Below, in pieces: positions 54,885-64,000 of a stretch of DNA of 64,000 bases; the first letter of the stretch is position 1, and each line of letters opens with the position of its first letter. The notes under the pieces are model-generated. The model did not search any database. It saw only the letters and a list, made by a program, of their open reading frames with translations, and was not told the origin of the DNA. Source of the stretch: Octopus sinensis (lineage: Eukaryota); assembly GCF_006345805.1 (NCBI RefSeq), contig NC_043001.1, positions 115,940,001-116,004,000 on the forward strand. Reading direction: 5' to 3'. Both the position numbers and the translations under genes were made by a program.

Positions 54885-55566
54885 CTTGTTTTATTTATAT
54901 TCCTGAGCGCCATACTAATACAATTGTTTGTTTGTATTCCACCTGCCTTCGTCTTTTGTTTATTTTCATAAAGCTTCCCGTTATATATATACAACATGAC
55001 TATCATATACATTAGAACTATTAAGCAAAATATACACAACTTTGCAACAAATAAACAAAGTAGGAAGTTTCGTTTTTCTATATGGTTTGCAAGATTCTTT
55101 ATATGAGTTCGTGTGTTGAAGCATATTCTGTTGTGTTTGGGGAGAGTCATTTGCAAGACGCAACGAAAATTTTAGTAAAATAAAAATAAGAAATAAGTGG
55201 AAATTTTACCGGTGAGTAAGGCGCAAACAGAAAATGACTCTCCCCAGACACAACGAAGTAGGAAGTATTACACACAAATTCCGGGTTATTATTCACAGGT
55301 GTGAACAGACAAATTTTATACATAATATATAAATAGATATTATAAAAGCAGGCATGTATGATATTTTTGTAGCCTTATATATTGTTATTTAAAGAGAATA
55401 GTGAATAAATATAGAAGAATAGACAAGATACAGACACGGTTGTATAGTTAAATAGTTCACTTCACAACCAGTACAGCGAGTGCAAGGTCACAACTGGTGA
55501 CAAACACGCACACACAAAAAAAAACACGGGCGCGCACGCGCACACACATGCATACATACATACATA

Positions 55567-55945
55567 GTGGAGGCGCAATGGCCCAGTGGTTAGGGCAGCG
55601 GACTCGCGGTCATAGGATCGTGGTTTCGATTCCCAGACCGGGCGATGTGAGTGTTTATTGAGCGAAAACACCTAAAGCTCCTCGGGGCTCCGGCAGGGGA
55701 TGGTGGTGATCCCTGCTGTACTCTTTCACCACAACTTTCTCTCACTCTTACTTCCTATTTCTGTTGTACCTGTATTTCAAAGGGCCGGCCTTGTTACTCT
55801 CTGTGTCACGCTGAATATCCCCGAGAACTACGTTAAGGGTACACGTGTCTGTGGAGTGCTCAGCCACTTACACGTTAATTTCACGAGCAGGCTGTTCCGT
55901 TGATCGGATCAACCGGAACCCTCATCGTCGTTACCGACGGAGTGC
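55567..55945 (+). mobile_element. SINE head A/tail T1 inserted in (CATA)n
   Basis: Full-length copy flanked on both sides by CATA repeats. Confidence 0.9.
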
Positions 55946-55964
55946 TTACATACATACATACATA

Positions 55965-56325
55965 CGGCGGGATTCCACGCAGTTTCCAGCAACCAAATTC
56001 ATTCAAAAGACATCGGTCAGCCCGGGGCTATAAAAGATTCCTTCTTGAGTCTTACTGACTCACAAGAGCTTCCCGGCTTCAATGACGTATATATTCTCCA
56101 CCTGGACGGGACACCGGTCCGTCGCAGCGTTACTCATTTTTGCCAGCTGGGTGGACTGGAGCAACGTGAAATGAAGTGTTTTGCTCACGAACACAACGCA
56201 TCACCCGGTCTAGGAATCGGAACCACAATCTTAACACCGTGAGTTCAATACCCTAACCAGTAAGTCACGCTGCTCCACGGCCCGGAGTTATGGTGGAAGA
56301 CACTTTGACCAAGACGCCACGCAGA
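55965..56325 (-). mobile_element. SINE head B/tail T3 (about 56090-56275) nested in a family C fragment
   Basis: Family C sequence lies on both sides. The inner piece has the family B core (reverse complement of CACGTTGCTCCAGTCCACCCAGCTGGCAAAAATGAGTAAC) and the T3 tail. Confidence 0.7.
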
Positions 56326-56329
56326 GACA

Positions 56330-56716
56330 TAGTGAGGCGTGTGCGTGAGGCGTGTGCGTGAGGCGTGTGCGTGAGGCGTGTGCGTGAGGCGTGTGCGTGA
56401 GGCGTGTGCGTGCGTGCGTGCGTGTGTGTGTGTGTGTGTTTGCGTGTGTGTTTGCCTGTGTGTGCGTGCGTGTGTGTGCGTGCGTGTGTGCGCGTGTGTG
56501 CGCGTGTGTGTACGTGTGTGTGTGTTTGTGCGTGTGTGTGTGTGCGAGTGTGTGTTTGTGTGTGTTTATGTGAGTGTGTGTGTGTGGGTTTGTGCGTGTG
56601 CGTGTGTGTGTACGTGTGTGTGCGTGTGTGTGTATTTGTGTATGTGTTTGCGTGTGTGCGTGTGTACGTATGTATGTGTGTAGGTGTATGTATGCTTCTG
56701 TGTGAGCGTGTGTGTT

Positions 56717-56783
<67 letters not shown>
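56330..56783. repeat. 13-bp repeat (GTGAGGCGTGTGC)x about 6 grading into degenerate (GT)n
   Basis: Read directly from the sequence. Confidence 0.93.
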
Positions 56784-56785
<2 letters not shown>

Positions 56786-56829
56786 GCTAATATTTCAGAA
56801 ACGCTGAGTGACTGCATTGTAAAAGGCTA

Positions 56830-57465
56830 GATCCCCAACCGCAGGATTTCTGGTTCAGTCCCACTGCATGGCACCTTAGGCAAGTATCTTCTACTATATA
56901 TATCTTCGAGTGGATTTGGTAGACAGAAACTGAAAGAAGCCCATCGTATATGCATATGTTTATTTATATATGTGTGAGCGTCTTTGTGTCTGTGTTTGTC
57001 GCCCACCACAGCCTGACAACCTATTTCTGTACTACCCACAAGGGGCTAAACACAGAGGGGACAAACAAGGACAGACATAGGTATTAAGTCGATTACATCG
57101 ACCCCTGTGCGTAACTGGTACTTAATTTATCGACCCCGAAAGGATGAAAGGCAAAGTCGACCTCGACGGAATTAGAACTCACAACGTAACGCAGACGAAA
57201 TACCGCTAAGCATTTCGCCCGGTGTGCTAACGCTTCTGCCAATTCGCCGCCTTATAGAACAACCAGGTCACACAGCCTGACAACCGGTGTAGGTGTGTTT
57301 ACGCCCCCGTAACTGAGAGGTTCGACAAAACAGACCGATAGAATAAGTACCAGGTTTAATACACACAAAAAAAAAGAGTCGAATTATTCGACTAAAAATT
57401 CTTCAAGGTGGTGCCCCAGCATGGCCGCAGACTAATTGCTGATCCAAGCAAAAGATAAGCGATAA
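56830..57465 (+). mobile_element. SINE family C copy interrupted by a family D (tail D1, minus strand) insertion with a 15-bp TSD
   Basis: CACAGCCTGACAACC occurs at 57007-21 and 57271-85, flanking the D copy (57022-57253). Confidence 0.88.
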
Positions 57466-57805
57466 AAGATATTTAAAAACAACATTGAGGTGTGGCCAAG
57501 TTGTTCTATTTGTCAGTTATATAATCAGACTTCCTGTTTAATCATTTCTTTGTTGTAAGTCAAGCTTACGGCATTGTTGTAAAGATTTGCACTGGAGAAA
57601 GTACAAAACCTATAGAAGTATGTAGTTTTGTATTTTGAATACCTTGGATAGAAAATCATCAGAGTGTGCAAAGGACAATACAAGGATTACATTAGGATAC
57701 GTTTGAAATATTCAGAATATTATAGACATGTTTATTGTGTGTGTGCGTGTGTGTGTGTGTATGTGTGTGTGTGTGTGTGTGTGTGAGTGAGTGTATGTAT
57801 GTATG

Positions 57806-57907
<102 letters not shown>

Positions 57908-57950
57908 TTAAAGTAATAAAGCTTTACTGCTTTAGAATGTGCTTCTTTTT

Positions 57951-57997
<47 letters not shown>

Positions 57998-58407
57998 AAA
58001 CTATTAGAGTCAACAAGGAGTATGGCTGGACATTTATTTTCAATCACTACCATTGTTTCTGCGCAACGTAGTTCTCCAGGCATGCACGTACTTGATTATG
58101 CAACCGTTTCCCTGCATTATGAGATCTAGCTGTGTTTCCTTAGGCGATATGTAAATATTGTCTCCGTAAGTTCAAAATCTCGGCTTCGGGACCATCCTCT
58201 CGGTCTGTCGTGGTCTCAAGTTATTAGTAGCCACTATTGACACCAATCTTTTCAATTATCTTTCCACACACGACAGAAGCCCAAACGCAATCTTGGAAGT
58301 GCGTATAATACTACTACTGGGTAGCTCAGGGGGAAATCTGAAGTTGGGCGGGCTTTATACTGTGCTCTACCACGTTCTTAACAGAGTATACCATAACCAC
58401 ATATATA

Positions 58408-59775
<1,368 letters not shown>

Positions 59776-59790
59776 GTATGTATATATATA

Positions 59791-60203
59791 TATATTATAT
59801 TAAATTAGAGATAAAACCACTATTAGGCAAATCATACAATGAAAAACTTAAGCCAATACATAAAATTAATTATTTATATTATTTTAAATATATATCAAAA
59901 TTATTAAAAAAGATAATTAGTATAACACTACGATCGTTTCATGGCTGTCCAATTCTTAAAATTTCGGGTTACAGTCATTCTTCAGGTGATTTAAATATTT
60001 AAATCACCTGAAGAATGACTGTAACTCGAAATTTTAAGAATTGGACAGCCATGAAACGATCGTAGTGTTATACTAATTATCTTTTTTTAATAATTTTGAT
60101 ATATATTTAAAATAATATAAATAATTAATTTTATGTATTGGCTTAAGTTTTTCATTGTATGATTTGCCTAATAGTGGTTTTATCTCTAATTTAATATAAT
60201 ATA
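59791..60203. repeat. Spacerless palindrome of about 410 bp containing two opposed hammerhead motifs
   Basis: Centre between 59996 and 59997 (GATTTAAAT|ATTTAAATC). By eye the arms differ by one substitution and one 1-bp homopolymer indel. Confidence 0.92.
60003..60069 (+). ncRNA. Type I hammerhead ribozyme motif (mirror copy on - at 59924-59990)
   Basis: CAC-CTGAAGA 60008-14; stem II ATGACTGT/ACAGCCAT; GAAAC 60053-57; palindromic stem III ACGATCGT; GTA 60062-64; GTG. Stem I is short (3 bp plus one). Confidence 0.68.
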
Positions 60204-60303
60204 ATATTTTACTATAAAATTGGATTCAATCCTAAATCTGATTTTTCCCTGTAAGTTTGGATTTATTCCCTAATATTTTATTATATATATATATATATGT
60301 ACA

Positions 60304-60342
<39 letters not shown>

Positions 60343-60802
60343 ATACAAACACAAACACATACTACCTTTATCAAGTGTGTGAATTTTATATATGTGAGAA
60401 GTAGTTCATCAAAGTTGCCCAAGTTTTTCAATAGAAAACTTTCAACTTGAATTTTAAAAATCTACGTAAAAAACCGCAAGCCAAACCACAATAATTTATA
60501 TCCCAGGGTTGAGTAATTATATTAATGTAAACATATTTTATGCACTTGACTGAGGAGCACTTAGAAAAAGTGGAGATCCTTTAGTTTACATCACATTAAA
60601 TTTTGATATTTATTTTGTAACAAGGCCTGATACCTATGGGGTGTTTTTCTCGGGGGTGGATTTTTACTTGTCAGACCACGTATTCACTTTTGATTTTGTC
60701 TATTTTTAAGAACCTTTATCATGAAGGAAAATAATGTAGTAAATTATTTCGTATTTTGTGCCATATCTGTTTGTTTCCTTAGTAAATATTTTCTCGATGA
60801 AA

Positions 60803-61235
60803 GGCGGTTAGCTGGCAGAATCGTTAGCACACCGGGAAAAATGCTTAGCGGCATTTCATCCATGTTTACATTTTGAATTCAAGTTCCGCCGAGGTCGACT
60901 TTACCTTTCATCCTTTCGGGGTCGAACAAATAAGTGTCAGTTGAGCACTGGGGTTGATAGAATCGACTTACCTCCTTCCCTGAAATTTCTGGCCTTGTGC
61001 CACAATTTGAAGCCAATATTTTCTCAATGTAATGCGGCGAGTTGGCAAAACTGTTATCATGCCAGGCAAAATGCTTAGCTGTATTTTGTCCGTCGTTACG
61101 TTCTGAGTTCAAATTCCACCAAGGTCAACTTTACCTTTCATCCTTTCAAGATCGATAAAATAAATACCAGTTGAACACTGGGGTTGATGTTATCGACTTA
61201 TTCCTTCCTTTTAAAATTGCTGGCCGTTTGCCAAA
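60803..61235 (+). mobile_element. Two tandem SINE family D copies (tail D2)
   Basis: D head and central motif at 60803-61015 and 61033-61235. Confidence 0.85.
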
Positions 61236-61957
61236 GTTAATAGATATTTCGATACTTCAGTAATTAAGGTTTTTTTTTTTTATATATATGCTTTCTTTTT
61301 CATGTTTAATTTAAATCATTAACTATTCTAAATCCATTAGATCATTAGTATATTTCAAGACCTTCTCAGTCATATCGTCAGAACGAAATAGTGGTCAAGT
61401 GGATTTGGTAAGCTGGGAAGCTATATTATTTGAAGTGACTGTGTGTTGTTCCCAAATAAAACCTATCACGATATCTAAATTTTAACATGTTTTTGTTGGG
61501 TTTTTTTTCCTGATTGATGTTACAATTGCTGAATACCAGTTGCTAATGTGAAGATGTAAGATTGGCGAGAGATGAGAATATCTGATAAGGGAACTTTTAA
61601 CACGAGGTCAGAGCAGCGAAGCTGCCGGTTAATCAAGAAAACCTCTGCAGTTTTTATATCTCAATTTATAAGCATGATTTGGTGCAGAAACTGCATGGAA
61701 TTTTCATTTTGATTACGCCACCATACAAATGCACCAGAACAACGACTGGCTGAAATGGGCCAAGATCACGTGATAAATCGTGGCCTTTGTCCGTTACTGG
61801 ACTGACAAAGCAGAGCAACAAGTACACTCCTGCCAGTGAGTTTATTGAGAGACAAGCGAACGAAAACGATAAATAAAAAATTGTGTGAAGAATGCTTTCA
61901 TGTTTGAAGCAAAAAAGTTCAGAAAAATTTGAATGTTCTTTAATGGAAATATCAATT

Positions 61958-62162
61958 TCAAATTTTGGCACAAATCCAGCAATTTCGAGGGAGGGTGTCG
62001 TTTACTTCGACCCCAGTGCTCAATTGTTACTTAATGTATTGACCCCGAAAGGATGACAGGCAAAGTCAACCACGGAGGAATTTGAAATCAGAACACAAAG
62101 ACAGATGAAAAGCCTCTAAGCATTTTGTTCGGCGTGATAACGATTTTGTCGGTTCGCCGCCG
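61958..62162 (-). mobile_element. SINE family D copy (tail D2), diverged
   Basis: Reverse complement of the D central motif. Confidence 0.7.
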
Positions 62163-62533
62163 AATTGAATGGAAATATTCACGCCAAAAATGAATCTCGA
62201 AAACATTAGAAGACAAAAGAACAATACGTGATATGCGCATAAGACATCATAGAAAGTATGTAAAGAAATCGAATGCAGGGTTAGAATGAGGTGTCGTGCA
62301 GAAAGTTATCTGATGTGGGCATAATGGTAGGAAAAGACACCATAGAAAGTATGCAAAAAAATCGAACGCAGGGCTAGGGGTACTGCAAAACATTGCTCGT
62401 AGGTGTTAAAACGGGCTGCCATAATCGACAATGAAATTGCTGGGTGAAAATACTGTCAGCATGAATAAAGCATACAGGTAAATGTGTGCAGATGACTTAC
62501 ACAGGATAGAAAAAGACTGTGGGTGTGTGAATA

Positions 62534-62692
62534 AGTTCAAATTCCGCCGAGGTCGACTTTGCCTTTCATCCTTTCGGGGTCGATAAATTAAGTACCAGTT
62601 ACACACTGGGGTCGATGTAATCGACTTAATCCGTTTGTCTGTCCTTGTTTGTCCCCTTCTGTGTTTAGCCCCTTGTGGGTAGTAAAGAAATA
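62534..62692 (+). mobile_element. SINE family D copy (tail D1), 5'-truncated
   Basis: AGTTCAAATTCCGCCGAGGTCGAC...GTGGGTAGTAAAGAAATA. Confidence 0.88.
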
Positions 62693-62779
62693 GGTATGTG
62701 AATAAGGCCATAATTTTAAAACGCTAACTGGCAATACAGCAACAAGGCACAGAATTAAAATACAAAACGAAAGTAAAAG

Positions 62780-63330
62780 TCATGCAACTGGAAATTCGAA
62801 TAGAACATCTGTAGATATTAAAGGAATTTTTGAAATAAAGACATTTTCTCCTTTGTGACTGTCTGATATAAATGTTGCCTTTAGGACATGGAGCGCATCT
62901 TGAAGAGTAACATAATGTTTAGCCCTTAACTGTGTTTTTTTTATTGTTACGAATGTAGAGGAGACGCTGACTCTCAACTTTAGTATACATATGAACCAGG
63001 TATTGCTGAAATAGATCACGATACATGTGTAATTGATTTGATTGTTCTGGTCTTAACATCAGTTGGTAAGAATAGAAGTCATTTGACGACACCTTTTTGT
63101 TTGTCAGTGGCTCTCCTGTTGCAAATTCAATCTGTGGAACATGAAATGATACCCATCTTGTCCATTCCACAAAATAAGAAGATACTGGAGAGCATCATAA
63201 GAGGGATGAGTCTGTGAAACACGTTTAAGATTGTTATCTTGAGCACAACTGAGAATATCACGATTTTCATGGGGATCACCTACCATAAAACGGCTATTTC
63301 ATTAGATGTTGGCTTGTTAAAACGACGTAA
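62780..63330 (-). mobile_element. Helitron Rep N-terminal coding fragment (frameshifted)
   Basis: THPSYDALQYLL..WNGQDG; KKVSSNDFYSYQLMLR...LFQQYLVHMYTKVESQRLLYIRNN; QLRAKHYVTLQDAL. Confidence 0.88.
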
Positions 63331-64000
63331 AATATCCTTTATTATAGAGTACTATAGCCGTAATGAACGCAGAAATACACACACACTCACAGACACATAA
63401 ACACTCATACACATATGTATATATATGTGTTGATGTGTGTGTGTGTGTTTAATTGTCTGAGGCCTAACATAAAAATGATTACACATACACTCGCACTCAC
63501 ATACACCCTGACATACACTCACACACATACAGATATACATTCACGCACACCTCAAGCCTATCTCTGTCTTTAGTTGTGTGAATGTGTGTGTGAATATGTA
63601 TGTGTGTCTGTGTTGTGTATGTATGTGTTTGTCTGTGTCATTCGTCACAAAAATGTATTATACTGACACACACATACACCCTCACATACACTCACACACA
63701 TATACTTATCAGTCATCTGCCTAGCGTATGTAACGAACACGCAAACACACACACACACACACACATACACACTCATATAGAGAATGTGACGTGCTTGGTA
63801 GTGGTGGTAGTGGTAGTATAAACTGTTGTTTACGATAGTTGACTTCAAGTGGTTCTATTTCATTGTTCAATTTTTGTAATGCTAATATGTAAATGAAAAA
63901 AAAGTTTATTTGGTATGCGAAAGATTACTGAATCTTTTGAATAGCCATATGTCAAAATCAGCAACTAAGTTTTCGAATGCATAAGAAGCACACACACACA

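Noticed and set aside
55130-55255. Inverted repeat of about 20 bp (GTGTTTGGGGAGAGTCATTT / AAATGACTCTCCCCAGACAC)
   Set aside because: Most likely an internal inversion in a degraded repeat; no TSD or further structure is visible.

Overview
AT-rich, repeat-dominated eukaryotic genomic DNA. The SINE families, microsatellite load and LINE types look cephalopod (Octopus-like), but this is an inference. The only host-gene sequence I can support is a pair of + strand exons (5804-5918, 7340-7482) that splice in frame into a hormone-receptor (HormR/HRM) domain of an adhesion/class-B-type GPCR, with one or two weaker candidate exons upstream. The rest is transposons and simple repeats: a Penelope-like element with an inverted terminal copy, a second Penelope fragment, three CR1-type LINE pieces, two near-full-length R4/Dong-type RLE retrotransposons ending in (TAA)n, four 5'-truncated Tx1/L1-type copies stacked in a (GATA)n tract, a DD41D Tc1/mariner (rosa-like) relic, MULE and Helitron fragments, about 25 SINE copies from four modular families, and a 2.9-kb 23-bp minisatellite that flips orientation three times at short palindromes. 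The most striking unannotated signal is a set of hand-foldable type I hammerhead ribozymes from four sequence-unrelated families. Three families sit in (TA)n-embedded foldback structures with a shared asymmetric layout, including a non-coding 0.7-kb element and a spacerless palindrome of about 410 bp. All alignments and folds were done by eye, and repeat boundaries are approximate.
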